Part shown: positions 30,909 to 41,413 of the stretch, piece by piece
Layout of the letters: each line of letters opens with the position of its first letter
How positions within the stretch are numbered: the stretch's first letter is position 1
Made by a program: the position numbers and the translations under genes
Assembly: GCA_965197725.1 (NCBI GenBank)
Contig: CBDANQ010000061.1
Location: 64,001 to 128,000, forward strand
Length of the DNA: 64,000 nucleotides
DNA from: Longimicrobiales bacterium
GTDB taxonomy: Bacteria > Gemmatimonadota > Gemmatimonadetes > Longimicrobiales > Gaopeijiaceae
Direction: 5' to 3'
Notes under the pieces: generated by a model
Database searches by the model: none
The model's input: only the letters and a program-made list of their open reading frames with translations
What the model was told of the DNA's origin: nothing

Positions 30909-31084
30909 CAATGCATTCCGGGGAGCCGTACTGGACTCCGAGCCGACACGATATAGCGCGCCGGGAAGGCGCGATCGTTTTCGACATTAGGGGGCACCCG
31001 CCCGATTGGAAAGCACGGGGCGAGCAGGGGTCGGTCTCTCGCTTTCGCCCGAATGGGCACATCGTGGGCACAAAGCTCGTGTCA

Positions 31085-31345
31085 GACCCCGATGCGCTGG
31101 GTGAAGCACTCCGCTTCGAAGGTGAGCGGTATGACGCATTCGACTAGGTCGAGTTACATTTCGAACTCCCAGATCGAGATGTGCTGGTCTTCCATTTGAA
31201 GAACGAGTCGGCCTCGTTCGGCTCAAGGCGCGCAGGCGAACCGCTTCGCACCAAGCTGGCGAATCTCGTACGAATGAACCCCGGCCACCTTGTGATGGTG
31301 GATTTCTCTGAGGTCCCCCTGGTGTCCAGCAGCTTTGCAGATGAG
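31085..31345 (+). pseudogene. Fragment of STAS-like DUF4325 domain protein
   Basis: Frame reads ...FGSRRAGEPLRTKLANL...VMVDFSEVPLVSSSFADE with internal TAG at 31145-31147; both ends missing. Confidence 0.6.
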
Positions 31346-31376
31346 CACTCGCCACGATGATTCGGGAGCTCTGCCC

Positions 31377-32849
31377 ATGACCTCCTTCGGCCATGTTCAC
31401 CCCACCCAGGCCCGTCCCCTGTGGGGTCCGAGCCTCGCTGCTTGGCTCCTGGTGGCCGGAGGGCTCCCAGCCACAGCCCACGCTCAGGTTGCTCTCGTGG
31501 GCGGGACGGCCATCATCGGAGACGGGTCCTCACCCATCGTGGGGTCCGTCGTGCTCGTGGACGGAGACCGGATCACCTGTGTGGGTACGGCCGGGGACTG
31601 CCCCATCCCCGACGTGGTAGAGCGCATGAACGTCGCAGGGCAATTCATCACACCGGGCCTCGTGGACGCCCACGTCCACTTCAGCCAGACCGGCTGGTGG
31701 GACGGTCGCCCCGACGGCCTCTCAGCACCCGATATCTACCCGTACCTAAAGACATCCAGAGAGCTCCGCGCCGACCCGGGACGATGGCACCGGTCCTACC
31801 TCTGCTCGGGCATCACCGCCGTCTTCGATGTCGGCGGACACCCCTGGACCACCACTCTGCCGGATGCTTCCGAGAACGACACCATCGCCGTCCACGTCCG
31901 GGCCGCCGGGCCCCTCATCACCCACGCCACACGCACGGCCCTGATGGCCGATGAGGAGCACTACACCTTCCTCCCCATGGACACGCCCGCCGAGGTGGCC
32001 CGTTCGGTCGAGACCCTGGTGGAGATGGGGTCCAGCGCCGCGAAGGTCTGGTACCTGCGACCCTCAGCCGAGCGGCGGGACGAGTTGGACGCCCGCCTGA
32101 TGCAGATCGGCGACCTGGCCCGGGACGCCGGCCTGGACCTCATCGTCCACGCCACAAGCCTCAGAGATGCGAAAGCGGCCCTCCGAGCCGGCGCCAAACT
32201 CCTCGTCCATAGTGTGGGGGACGAGTTCGTGGACGACGAGTTTCTGAATCTCCTGCGGGCCAACCAGGCGGTCTACGCGCCCACCCTGGTGGTGGGTGTC
32301 TTCTCGAGTCGGGCCATGGCATCCATCGCCCTGAACGAGCCCCACCCCATCGACGATCCCAACGGCTGTGTGGACCCGGGCACCGTCAACAAGGTGAACG
32401 GAACCCGGGTGCTCCAGGAGCTCATGCGGCCGGCCCAGCGAGCTCCAGAGGTCATCTACCGTCGGATGGAACAGAGCGGGCGAAGCTCCTTCGTCAAGGC
32501 CGAGAACCTCCGCCGAGTTCATGAAGCCGGGGGCATCGTCGCCACAGCAACGGATGCGGGGAACCCCCTCACGCTTCACGGCCCCTCCATCTACAACGAG
32601 ATGGAGGCCATGCAGGACGCGGGCATCGACCCGGCCGACATCGTAACGATGTCGACCCACAACGGCGCCCTGACCATGGGACGTCTCGGCGACTTCGGGA
32701 CCCTTGAGGCCGGCAAGATCGCCGATCTCATCGTCCTCGACGAGGACCCGACGGCGGATGTGCGAGCCTTCCGCTCCCTCACCCACGTCATGCGCGCCGG
32801 GGTCCTCCGCCCCCAGGAGGAGCTGGCCTGGAGGCGCCCGGCGAGATAG
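31377..32849 (+). CDS. Exported amidohydrolase family protein
   Basis: Signal peptide, PGLVDAHVH, VHA, ATDAG, GTLEAGKIADL; start approximate. Confidence 0.9.
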   Translation: MTSFGHVHPTQARPLWGPSLAAWLLVAGGLPATAHAQVALVGGTAIIGDGSSPIVGSVVLVDGDRITCVGTAGDCPIPDVVERMNVAGQFITPGLVDAHVHFSQTGWWDGRPDGLSAPDIYPYLKTSRELRADPGRWHRSYLCSGITAVFDVGGHPWTTTLPDASENDTIAVHVRAAGPLITHATRTALMADEEHYTFLPMDTPAEVARSVETLVEMGSSAAKVWYLRPSAERRDELDARLMQIGDLARDAGLDLIVHATSLRDAKAALRAGAKLLVHSVGDEFVDDEFLNLLRANQAVYAPTLVVGVFSSRAMASIALNEPHPIDDPNGCVDPGTVNKVNGTRVLQELMRPAQRAPEVIYRRMEQSGRSSFVKAENLRRVHEAGGIVATATDAGNPLTLHGPSIYNEMEAMQDAGIDPADIVTMSTHNGALTMGRLGDFGTLEAGKIADLIVLDEDPTADVRAFRSLTHVMRAGVLRPQEELAWRRPAR

Positions 32850-32862
32850 GGGTCAGGGCTCG

Positions 32863-33077
32863 GAGACGGTCTACACGCTGCCCGAGGCCGTCGTCCTCGT
32901 CGAGCAATGGAGGCGCCTGTACAATACCGTGCGACCCCACAGCGCCTGGGGCGGACTACCCCCGCCCCCGGAGACCATAAAACCATCGGCTTGGTTCCTT
33001 AGAATGCCCCAACTTCTGGGGCCGCCGATGGCTCAAGGTCTAACATAGGGAGTCGTACCCCACCTGGGGGCACGTCA
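32863..33077 (+). mobile_element. IS3 remnant (3' end of orfB plus right IR)
   Basis: EAVVLVEQWRRLYNTVRPHSAWGGLPP..WFLRMP..GLT* matches the IS3 orfB C-terminus at 25614; ends GGGGGCACGTCA. Confidence 0.85.
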
Positions 33078-33095
33078 GTACGCCGGGTAGGACGT

Positions 33096-35063
33096 CTATC
33101 TACCGCGTCCGGGCTCGCGTGACCCCGAGTCGCTCCAGAGCTTGGGGTCGACGCCGGCGCCCGGACAGAAATCTCCGGTGCCCCGGAAGTGCGTGTCCAG
33201 GCACTCCAACGTCGAGCCAAAGCTCTGAAGCAGCGACACCGTCTCCGGGTACGGCACCCTCGTGAAGAATCCGGCCCGGCCTCCGCGAGCCATGTCGGCC
33301 GTGGACTGGCCGAGCCGCGTGATCGCACGGACGTCCGCGCCCTGCGCCACCAGGTAGCGGATCATCTCGTTATCCCCCCGAGACGCTGCATAGTGGAGCG
33401 GCGTGTAGCCCCACGAGTCCCTGAGGTCGACGTCGGCGCCGTGCTCGTCGATCAGATACTGCAAGGCCGACATGAACTGGTCGGGCACGGCACGGAGGGC
33501 GTAAGCTCCGAGCCCGGTCCATCCCCCTCCCGCAGCGATGTGGACTGGGTACGCGCTCGGCGTGCCCTCTGGAAACGACGGCAGCCCCGAGTCCTCCGCT
33601 AGGCGTCCATCCTGCTGCCGGCCCTCTCTCATGCCAATGGCTGCCCACGACGTGGGGATATTCGGGTCCGCGCCGTGAGCTACGAGCAGCTTCATGGCCT
33701 CGAGGTCCTGTGCGAACGTGGCTCGCCAGAACGGCGTTGCGCCCTGTAGGTCGATGCCCATCTTGGTGAGACCGTACTCCCAGTACCACAGGTGGGTGTT
33801 GAGTCGCACGTTGGGATCGGCGCCGGCCTCCAGGAGGGCCCGCAACACGTCCAGGTACTCCGTCTGCTGATTGTCGTGCGCCCGCGGCTGTGGGTAAATC
33901 GACTTGGGCGCCCACTGTGTCTGGAGCATTGCGAACAACGGCGTAGCCCCCTCGGTTGAGGAGGCCAAGTCGGGATCCGCGCCGAGCTCGACGAGCAACA
34001 GCGCGAGGTCGAACTGGCCGTTCAGGGCAGCCATCAGGAGAGGGCTCGTCCGGTCGCCACCGCTCACCTGGTCGATGTCGGCACCGCCATCGAGCAACAT
34101 GCGCGCCGACTCGATATGGCCCTCTCGAGCCGCATGCAGTAGCGCCGTCATACCGCCCGTCTTTCCGACGAGCGTCTCCCGGTAGGGAGGACGCACGATG
34201 TCGGGACCGCCCAGATAAGCCGGCCTGTAGTTCACGAGTTCGCTCGCGTCCACCGGGCCCACGGGATCGACGGAGAGAAGGAACTCCCGTTGAGCGCGGA
34301 TGGCCGCCTGCACCTGAGCGGGACTCGGATCCCAGTCGATGGTCGCGACTAAGCGGTGACCGGAAGTGGCTAGGCGAGTGGCTGGGCGTTCTGCGGTGTT
34401 GGGCGCGCTAACCCGTAGCGACTCGACCATCTCCCGCAAGAGACGGTCGGCCTCCCGATCGATCGCCAAGCTCCGGAGTACATCGACGACCTTGGTGGTG
34501 ATCGCCGGATCGGCGCCGCGGCTCAGGAGTTCGCCGACTGCCACCGAGCGGTCGTAGGCAGCCGCAAACATCAGCGGCGTCTGTCCCGACGAAGCCTCCC
34601 GTGCATTCACCTGGGCGCCGTGGTCCAGCAGCGTCGCGACAGCTTGCTCGCCGCCGAGGGCGGCCGCCGCGAGGTGAAGAGGCGTAACCCCCGTGTTGGC
34701 AGTAGTGGCGTTCACGTCGGCTCCGGCCTCGGCCAGCGCCATCACCACGCTCGTGTGTCCGCCGCGAGCGGAGAGGTGCAGCGACGTGTACCCACCTATG
34801 CGGGTCCCCGCATCCAGCTCGGCGTCGGCCGAGATCAACAGCTTCGTGATCTCGACGTGGCCGCGCTCCGCAGCCGCGTGCAGGGCGGTTAGGCCGTCTC
34901 CCCGGGCCTCGTTGACGTCGGCACCGCTCTCGAGCAGCGACCTGACCACCTCCACCTCACCTCGACGCGCTGCGTCCACGAGCGGCGTGGCGAGGGGAAT
35001 CGCCGCGCCCGATAGCAGCGCCACCGCGAAGACGGCGCAGATCACCCGTGGCAGCCGTCTCAT
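33096..35063 (-). CDS. Exported ankyrin-repeat protein
   Basis: Signal peptide; many TPLH/TALH..A ankyrin repeats. Confidence 0.92.
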   Translation of the reverse strand: MRRLPRVICAVFAVALLSGAAIPLATPLVDAARRGEVEVVRSLLESGADVNEARGDGLTALHAAAERGHVEITKLLISADAELDAGTRIGGYTSLHLSARGGHTSVVMALAEAGADVNATTANTGVTPLHLAAAALGGEQAVATLLDHGAQVNAREASSGQTPLMFAAAYDRSVAVGELLSRGADPAITTKVVDVLRSLAIDREADRLLREMVESLRVSAPNTAERPATRLATSGHRLVATIDWDPSPAQVQAAIRAQREFLLSVDPVGPVDASELVNYRPAYLGGPDIVRPPYRETLVGKTGGMTALLHAAREGHIESARMLLDGGADIDQVSGGDRTSPLLMAALNGQFDLALLLVELGADPDLASSTEGATPLFAMLQTQWAPKSIYPQPRAHDNQQTEYLDVLRALLEAGADPNVRLNTHLWYWEYGLTKMGIDLQGATPFWRATFAQDLEAMKLLVAHGADPNIPTSWAAIGMREGRQQDGRLAEDSGLPSFPEGTPSAYPVHIAAGGGWTGLGAYALRAVPDQFMSALQYLIDEHGADVDLRDSWGYTPLHYAASRGDNEMIRYLVAQGADVRAITRLGQSTADMARGGRAGFFTRVPYPETVSLLQSFGSTLECLDTHFRGTGDFCPGAGVDPKLWSDSGSREPGRGR

Positions 35064-36469
35064 GCTCCTACTCCGCGCGGAAACGTCAAGGGTAACTCGC
35101 CCGTGCTGTCGCCAAAGCCGTGCATGTCATCGTGCCCGATGCCCCGCATCAGGCTCAGGAATGCGTTCGCCATCGGTGTGCCCTCCGTAGCCCTCACGTG
35201 GAGGTTGCCTTCCAGAGCGCCGTTGGCGTGGCCCATAAAGATGAGTGGGCATCTGCGGTGGTTGTGGAGGTTGGGATCACCCATCGACGAGCCCCAGACG
35301 ATCGCTGTCTTGTCCAGCAGGGAGGAGTCGCCCTCCATCGTGTTCTTCATCCTCTCCAGGAAGTAGCCCATCTGACTCAAGCGGTACGTGTTGATCAGGT
35401 TGTAGTCCATGATAGCGGCTGGCACGTTGCCGTGGTGTGACGCCCCATGGTGCGACTTGGTGGTTCCGCTAATAGGGAATGTGCGGTTCGACTGATCGAA
35501 GCTGATCTTGAACGTGATCGCGCGGGTCAGGTCCGTCTGCAACGCGAGCACCTGGAGGTCGAACATCATCTCCATGTGCTCCTCCCACGAGTCCGGCACA
35601 CCCGACGGAGCCTCCGGCATTTCCCGCACTTCGCCACCGGTGTTGCGCGCCTCGACCAGCTGGATCCTCCGCTCCATCTCACGGATATGCGTCAGATACT
35701 CGTCCATGGCCAGTCGGTCGACGGCACCCAGAGTCATGCGCAACCTCGCGACTTCGGTCGCGATCCAGTCGATCACGCTGCGGTCCGTCCGGCGCCTGGC
35801 CTCACGGTCCTCGGCGGTATCCCCCGCACCGAAGAGCCGGTCGAATACGGCCCGCGGCTCGCGAATCGCCGGCAGCGGCTGGGTAGGCGAAGCCCATGCG
35901 ATATTCGATGTGTAGGCGCAGTGGTAGTTGTAGGCGCACCCGCCGCCGCGGTCGATCGACTCCGTGCACAGCTCGAGTGAAGGCAAGGCGGTGTCGAGTC
36001 CGACGCGTCGCGCGTGCAGCTGATCGAGCGACGTGCCGAGGTAGAGATCCGAGCCCTGGGTCTGCTTGGGATGGGCTTGCGTCAGGAATACCGCCGCAGA
36101 GCGGTCGTGATCACCACCGATCTCCTCTGCCCGATAGGCCTCCGCCATGCGGCAATCCGTATTGCTGACGATGGTCAGGTATTCCCGGTACTGCTCCAGC
36201 GGCGCCAGTTGGCTCGTCGGCGAGAACTCGAAGTCACGGCCCAACTTCGCCGGAGCGAAGAGGTGCTGAGCGTCTCCCCAGGCGCTGCCGCCGGCGCACC
36301 CCATCGACTCCTCGATGCAGACGAGACGAGTGTGGGCCGGTGCTGCTAGGCTGTCACTCCACGAGCGCCCGGCAGGCACCATCGCATCCAGGAACGGGAG
36401 CGCGACCGTCGCACCCATACCACGGACGAACGTCCTACGAGAAACGTGCTTTCCGGTGATGAAATGCAT
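35060..36469 (-). CDS. DUF1552 family protein with twin-arginine-like leader
   Basis: SRRTFVRGMGATVALPFLDAM, SLDQ, LPSLEL, FDRLFG, HH..SHH, SSMGDPNLHNH. Confidence 0.85.
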   Translation of the reverse strand: MHFITGKHVSRRTFVRGMGATVALPFLDAMVPAGRSWSDSLAAPAHTRLVCIEESMGCAGGSAWGDAQHLFAPAKLGRDFEFSPTSQLAPLEQYREYLTIVSNTDCRMAEAYRAEEIGGDHDRSAAVFLTQAHPKQTQGSDLYLGTSLDQLHARRVGLDTALPSLELCTESIDRGGGCAYNYHCAYTSNIAWASPTQPLPAIREPRAVFDRLFGAGDTAEDREARRRTDRSVIDWIATEVARLRMTLGAVDRLAMDEYLTHIREMERRIQLVEARNTGGEVREMPEAPSGVPDSWEEHMEMMFDLQVLALQTDLTRAITFKISFDQSNRTFPISGTTKSHHGASHHGNVPAAIMDYNLINTYRLSQMGYFLERMKNTMEGDSSLLDKTAIVWGSSMGDPNLHNHRRCPLIFMGHANGALEGNLHVRATEGTPMANAFLSLMRGIGHDDMHGFGDSTGELPLTFPRGVGA

Positions 36470-36473
36470 CCCT

Positions 36474-38894
36474 CTACCTCCCCTGGTCGGTGTCGGCCTC
36501 GGTGGTCAGCTGCGATCGCCTCATCTGGAACGGATCACTTCTCACGACGCCCATGATGAACGTCGACATTCGATACTCGTCCGCCTCCGCGTCTCTTACG
36601 ATGGCCCGGATCGACGGCTGGTCGTAGTGCTCCACGCGCCGGCCCATGGCGTAGGCCAGCAGGTTGGAAGCGAAGTTGCGCACGAGCGGGATCGGCCGCG
36701 CGAGCAGGACCTCGGTGAGCTCGCTCAGTTTGCTCACCGGGGTGCCGTCGTAGTACGTGCCCCGTGTATCGAGCGGCATCATGTTCTCGCGCTCCCGCCA
36801 CCGGCCGGTCACGTCGAAGTTGTCGAGTGCCAAGCCGATGGGGTCCATGAAGCGGTGGCAGGAGTTACACGTCGGATCGGATCGGTGCCGCTCCATGCGC
36901 TCGCGCGTAGTCAGACGACGCCCGTCCGCTGCGCTTTCGGTCTGTTCGAAGGCTGGCACGTTGGGCGGAGGTGGTGGTGGCGGCGTCCCCATGAGCACCT
37001 CCATCACCCACTTTCCCCGAAGCACGGGAGAGGTTCGGTCGGACATGGAGGTCAGCAGCAGCACGCTGCCGTGGCCCATCACACCCCGGCGGGCGTCGTC
37101 CGGGTAGCGCACACGTCTGAACTCGTCGCCGGACACCCCCGGGATGCCGTAGTGCCGAGCCAGGCGCTCATTCATGAAACTGTAGTCCGCGTCGAAGAGC
37201 TCGAGGAAGCTCAGGTCTTCACGCACTAGGTTGTCGAAGAAGAGCTCCGTCTCCCGCACCATATCGGCGCGGAGTTGGCCGGTGAAGTCCGGATAGAAAA
37301 ACGGCTCCGGCTGATTTTTCGCCGCATCTTGAAGTCGCAGCCACTGATGCGCGAAGCGGGCGGCGAGCGCCTCCGCACGGGGGTCTGCCAACATGCGCTC
37401 GACCTGCCGGTCCAGGACTCCGGGGTCCGAGAGTCGTGCATCGGCCGCGAGCCCGAGCAGCTCCTCGTCCGGGCCCGTGGACCAGAGGAAGAACGATAGG
37501 CGGCTCGCCAGGTCGAGATGGCCCAGACGATAGCTCTCTCCCTCAGCGACGTCCGCCGGTTGCTGTTCCAGGCGGAACAGAAACACAGGGCTCGCCAGGA
37601 TCGCCTGCAGCGCGATCCGGACCCCCACCTCGAATCCGCCTTCCGCCGCACCGCGATCGAAGAACGACATCAGGCCCGCGACATCCGCAGCGGTGACCGG
37701 TCGCCTGTACGCTTTGCTCGCGAGGCGCTCGACGATCGATTCGGCGCAGGGACGCTCTTCATCGGACGTCGCGGGGGTGCATGTGAAGACCTCACGGCGA
37801 CTCGGCGTCTCGGACACGCCGGTGGTACGGACCGGCCCCGTGATCATGAGGTCTCGGAGGTGGGGCAACGCAGTGATCCCATAGTCGGCCCACTCAGAAT
37901 CTGCGTGTTCTCCCCCGGCGAACGACCAATCGAAGGGGCTCAGGCGGTCCTCGTAGGGCCCGTCCATCTTGCGAACGAACGCCGCATTTACGCGGTGCTG
38001 ACCCGCAGCGACGACGATCGGCTCGGTTCGGATCGGAAGGCTCCTGCCACCGTTGTGCTCGAGCGCCAGCAGCGCCACGCCTTCGCCGTCGATGGAAAGA
38101 TCGATGTCCTCGAAGGACGTGCCCTTGCCGAAGAGCGTCTCTACGGAGAACACGTAAGAGCCGTCGGCCGGGAAATCGTGGGTGACGACGATGCCCCCGC
38201 GCGTTCCGTACGGGGCGCCTTCGAGCTGATCCCACGCGTGTTGCGAGACCTCGATCGGATTCGTGTACTTCGTCGAGGACGATGACGCGTCCGGTGTGCC
38301 GACGGCCAGACGGCTGACCTCCGCGGCCACCCTCAAGTATGCCTCGAGCAGCGTGGGTGAGAGCCCCTGTGCGGCGGACAAGTTGTCGAAGCTGCCCAGG
38401 TAGGTGTCTGGAGGAAGCCAGCGACCGGCGTCCACGTCGAGCGCCAGCAGGTCACTAATAACGCGCTCGTACTCGGCTCGGTTGAGTCTCTGGAACCGCC
38501 GCGCGCCGGGATTAGGATCGCTCATGGCCGCTTCGTCGATGACCGCCTCGAGCGTCTCCACGAGTATCCGGAGCGTGTCGCCGGCCGGCCGCCGGGCCCC
38601 GGGCGGCGGCATCATCCCCGCCCGGAGCTTCAGGATCATCTTCTCGGCCGTTTCGGCCCGCTCGTGAGCACCCCCGACATCGAACCTCTCCAACGTCAGG
38701 TTCCCCTCCAGCCTGCGCTCGTTGTGGCAGCGGACGCAATACTGCTCGATCACCTCCGTGGGCGTTCGCGTGGCGGCACTGGCAGGCACGGACACCGTTC
38801 CGGTTTCGGGCCAGGTCGTGGCAGTCCCGGCGGGGTGGCTCCCCACGGTAAGCCACACCCCTAACAAGGCGGTACCAGCAGCGACTGTCTTCAT
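36474..38894 (-). CDS. DUF1592/DUF1588/DUF1587/DUF1585/DUF1595 protein with two c-type heme motifs
   Basis: CVRCH and CNSCH; RLNRAEY, LASRLSFFLWS.GPD, TSPVLRGKW. Confidence 0.88.
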   Translation of the reverse strand: MKTVAAGTALLGVWLTVGSHPAGTATTWPETGTVSVPASAATRTPTEVIEQYCVRCHNERRLEGNLTLERFDVGGAHERAETAEKMILKLRAGMMPPPGARRPAGDTLRILVETLEAVIDEAAMSDPNPGARRFQRLNRAEYERVISDLLALDVDAGRWLPPDTYLGSFDNLSAAQGLSPTLLEAYLRVAAEVSRLAVGTPDASSSSTKYTNPIEVSQHAWDQLEGAPYGTRGGIVVTHDFPADGSYVFSVETLFGKGTSFEDIDLSIDGEGVALLALEHNGGRSLPIRTEPIVVAAGQHRVNAAFVRKMDGPYEDRLSPFDWSFAGGEHADSEWADYGITALPHLRDLMITGPVRTTGVSETPSRREVFTCTPATSDEERPCAESIVERLASKAYRRPVTAADVAGLMSFFDRGAAEGGFEVGVRIALQAILASPVFLFRLEQQPADVAEGESYRLGHLDLASRLSFFLWSTGPDEELLGLAADARLSDPGVLDRQVERMLADPRAEALAARFAHQWLRLQDAAKNQPEPFFYPDFTGQLRADMVRETELFFDNLVREDLSFLELFDADYSFMNERLARHYGIPGVSGDEFRRVRYPDDARRGVMGHGSVLLLTSMSDRTSPVLRGKWVMEVLMGTPPPPPPPNVPAFEQTESAADGRRLTTRERMERHRSDPTCNSCHRFMDPIGLALDNFDVTGRWRERENMMPLDTRGTYYDGTPVSKLSELTEVLLARPIPLVRNFASNLLAYAMGRRVEHYDQPSIRAIVRDAEADEYRMSTFIMGVVRSDPFQMRRSQLTTEADTDQGR

Positions 38895-39031
38895 GCTTTA
38901 TCCCCGCGGAATGCAGGCGTTATCGCGCAGCCAAGTGAATTCCCGCCGCATGACGGAAGTCAGATGAGCAATGTAGCAGGCGGGGTAGCTGGCAGCCACA
39001 CAGTTCGTGGCTCGGGCCGGGCGCAGGTCAC

Positions 39032-40171
39032 CTAGTTCGCGAGCACGAGCGACCTGCCAATGAGCTTGCTTGCATCGGCACCCGGCCTCGGAACGAACTT
39101 GTCCATCCATCCGCCGTCCCAGCTGGCGATATAGACGTTGCCATCCTGGTCCACGTCGAGCTGGTGCGGACGCGACAAGCCACCCGCAAAGCCTCCCCGT
39201 GTGCCTCCGAACGCGCCGAAGTAGTACTGGAGCTCACCCTCCAGGCTGTACTTGAGAATCCGGTTCAGTCGCGCGGAGATCACCCAGACCCCGTCGTTCT
39301 CATCGATGAAGACGCCCACAGGATCAGACACGTCGGGCCATTGCTCGAGGAACTCACCGTCCTCGGTAAAGATCTGGATGCGGTTGTTCGTTCGGTCGCC
39401 CACGTAGACGCGGTGATCCCGATCCACGGCGACGCCATGCACGAGGTCGAACTGTCCAGGGCCGCTACCGAGCTCACCCCACTCCATCAGGTACTCGCCG
39501 TCCGCGTTGTACTTGACGATGCGGGAGTTCCAGTAACCGTCGCCGAGCAGGAAGCTACCGTCCGGGAGGAAGGCGAGCACCGCCGGATCGCCGTAGGTGA
39601 ACGGACCCGGGTTCGGATTTGCCCGCGCCTCTGCCCGAGTCGTGGGGTGGTCAGGGTCGACGAGCCGCATCACCAACTCGCTGCCGTCATTGGTGAACTT
39701 GAGGATCTGCATGTTGACGCCCTTGCCACCACCGCGCTCGACCACCCAAACGTGGCGCTCCGGATCGTAAGGGCTGATGTAGACCTGGTGGGGTTTGTTG
39801 AAGATCGAGTCCCACTGCGTCCAGTTCTCCAACATGTTTCCGTTCCGATCGACGACCACGAGGTAGTTGGTGCTGCCCTCCCGCTCCCGCCCCTGCCGGT
39901 CCCGGTCTCCCCAGATCGCCACGATGATCCGGTTCGGGTTGTCGACTGCGACACCCGACACCTGCCCCCAGGTCCAGGGCCCCTTATGGTCCGGCGCCGG
40001 CTTCCACCAGTTTGCAACGGCGTCGTATTCTCCGGTCCTGTCGTCCCCACCCTTCACGATCGCTGCTTGCGATCTCGATTCAGGCGCAGCCTGGTTCTCA
40101 CCAACGCAGGCCGCGAGTACCGCCAGACCAGCGGCGAGGACGAGGGCCACGCACGTGCGATTCGGTCTCAT
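39032..40171 (-). CDS. NHL-repeat beta-propeller lipoprotein (peptidyl-alpha-hydroxyglycine lyase-like)
   Basis: Lipobox LAAC; GDGYWNSRIVKY, GPGQFDLVHGVAVD, YVGDRTNNRIQIF. Confidence 0.82.
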   Translation of the reverse strand: MRPNRTCVALVLAAGLAVLAACVGENQAAPESRSQAAIVKGGDDRTGEYDAVANWWKPAPDHKGPWTWGQVSGVAVDNPNRIIVAIWGDRDRQGREREGSTNYLVVVDRNGNMLENWTQWDSIFNKPHQVYISPYDPERHVWVVERGGGKGVNMQILKFTNDGSELVMRLVDPDHPTTRAEARANPNPGPFTYGDPAVLAFLPDGSFLLGDGYWNSRIVKYNADGEYLMEWGELGSGPGQFDLVHGVAVDRDHRVYVGDRTNNRIQIFTEDGEFLEQWPDVSDPVGVFIDENDGVWVISARLNRILKYSLEGELQYYFGAFGGTRGGFAGGLSRPHQLDVDQDGNVYIASWDGGWMDKFVPRPGADASKLIGRSLVLAN

Positions 40172-40321
40172 GATGCTTATCGGCCGGACCTCCGCTGGGT
40201 CTCGAGCATCGCCTCGAAGCGCTGCTTTTGCCGTGCTATATACAAAGGCTTGACGGCAGCGGTAGCGTCAAAACCATTCCAAAGGAGTGGGAGCAGCCAC
40301 GATGCTCTAGGAGCAGCTCCT

Positions 40322-41413
40322 CTAGCGGAATAGAGCCTTCGATAACATCCCGTGCACGCCCTTCGTGCCATCGACCAGCTGGGTGATGCGTAAATTGAGC
40401 GCAACCGAGCACAGGATGTACGCATCTCCTCGCTCCATACCCTTGTCCTCTACGAGAAACCTGACCATTTCACGCGTGGCCATCCGAGCCGCCTCGTCGA
40501 GATCGCGATCTAGCCCCATGGACATGTAGTGCGTCGGCGTTTCCGCACGGGGCCACTGGAGGGTACGGTCCTTGTGGAGGATTACTTCGATTGTTCCGTA
40601 TAGAGATGCTTCAATGGCGGTACCTGTCACCTCTCCGTCGCCCTGAGCCGCGTGCCCGTCGCCGATGGAAAGCAGCGCCCCGTCTACGTGCACAGGCATA
40701 AAGAGCGTCGTGCCCTCGACCAAATCTTTGTTGTCTAGATTGCCGACGTGATAGCCGGGAGCAGTGCTGTTGATGCGTCCAAGCAGGACAGGGGGTGCCA
40801 CCCCGATAGATCCAAAAAACGGGCGTGCGGGAATTTCGATTCCTTCGACGCCCGTCATGGTTATGGTGCCAGCAACGGTATCGATTTCGAAGGCACGCAG
40901 CGCGGCCGAGGGAAAGTCCATCGGGATCGTGCCTCCTCCGGGCAAGAATCCGCTGACCCCGTAGTCCACCAAGAACCCGATGTCGACGAGGTGAACCTCC
41001 AACACATCACCCGCCTCTGCATCCTCGACATACACCGGGCCATTCAGTGGGTGTGATCCGATACGGACCGTCTCCCGTTCTTCGACATTGAGCATGGATG
41101 GCAGGAACCGATCCTCCGAGATCCCTGCCAACCGCAGACGTCCCAGCCCGCGAGCAAGCAGATTTTCGAAGTAGACCCTGTCTCCAGACCGAATCGTTAC
41201 CACAGGTTCGAGCGAGGCGTCGTAGAAGCCCCAGTGGATGTTCTCTGCCGAAAGCGGTAGCTGGTGCGTGACGCCCTGCTGCGCAACGAGCGCGCGCGGG
41301 GTAATAGCTGTGACAGCTAACACCGTGTATATCAGAGCGGCGTGCGTCCCCCGATTCGAAAACGGGGCCTGTTCGTGCGTTCGCGTTATCACCGATTCCT
41401 CTTCAGTTGTCAT
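40322..41413 (-). CDS. Acetamidase/formamidase family protein, exported
   Basis: IHWGFYD, HPLNGPVYVE.AEAGD, GNLDNK, SIGDGHAAQGDGEV.GTAIE. Confidence 0.92.
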   Translation of the reverse strand: MTTEEESVITRTHEQAPFSNRGTHAALIYTVLAVTAITPRALVAQQGVTHQLPLSAENIHWGFYDASLEPVVTIRSGDRVYFENLLARGLGRLRLAGISEDRFLPSMLNVEERETVRIGSHPLNGPVYVEDAEAGDVLEVHLVDIGFLVDYGVSGFLPGGGTIPMDFPSAALRAFEIDTVAGTITMTGVEGIEIPARPFFGSIGVAPPVLLGRINSTAPGYHVGNLDNKDLVEGTTLFMPVHVDGALLSIGDGHAAQGDGEVTGTAIEASLYGTIEVILHKDRTLQWPRAETPTHYMSMGLDRDLDEAARMATREMVRFLVEDKGMERGDAYILCSVALNLRITQLVDGTKGVHGMLSKALFR

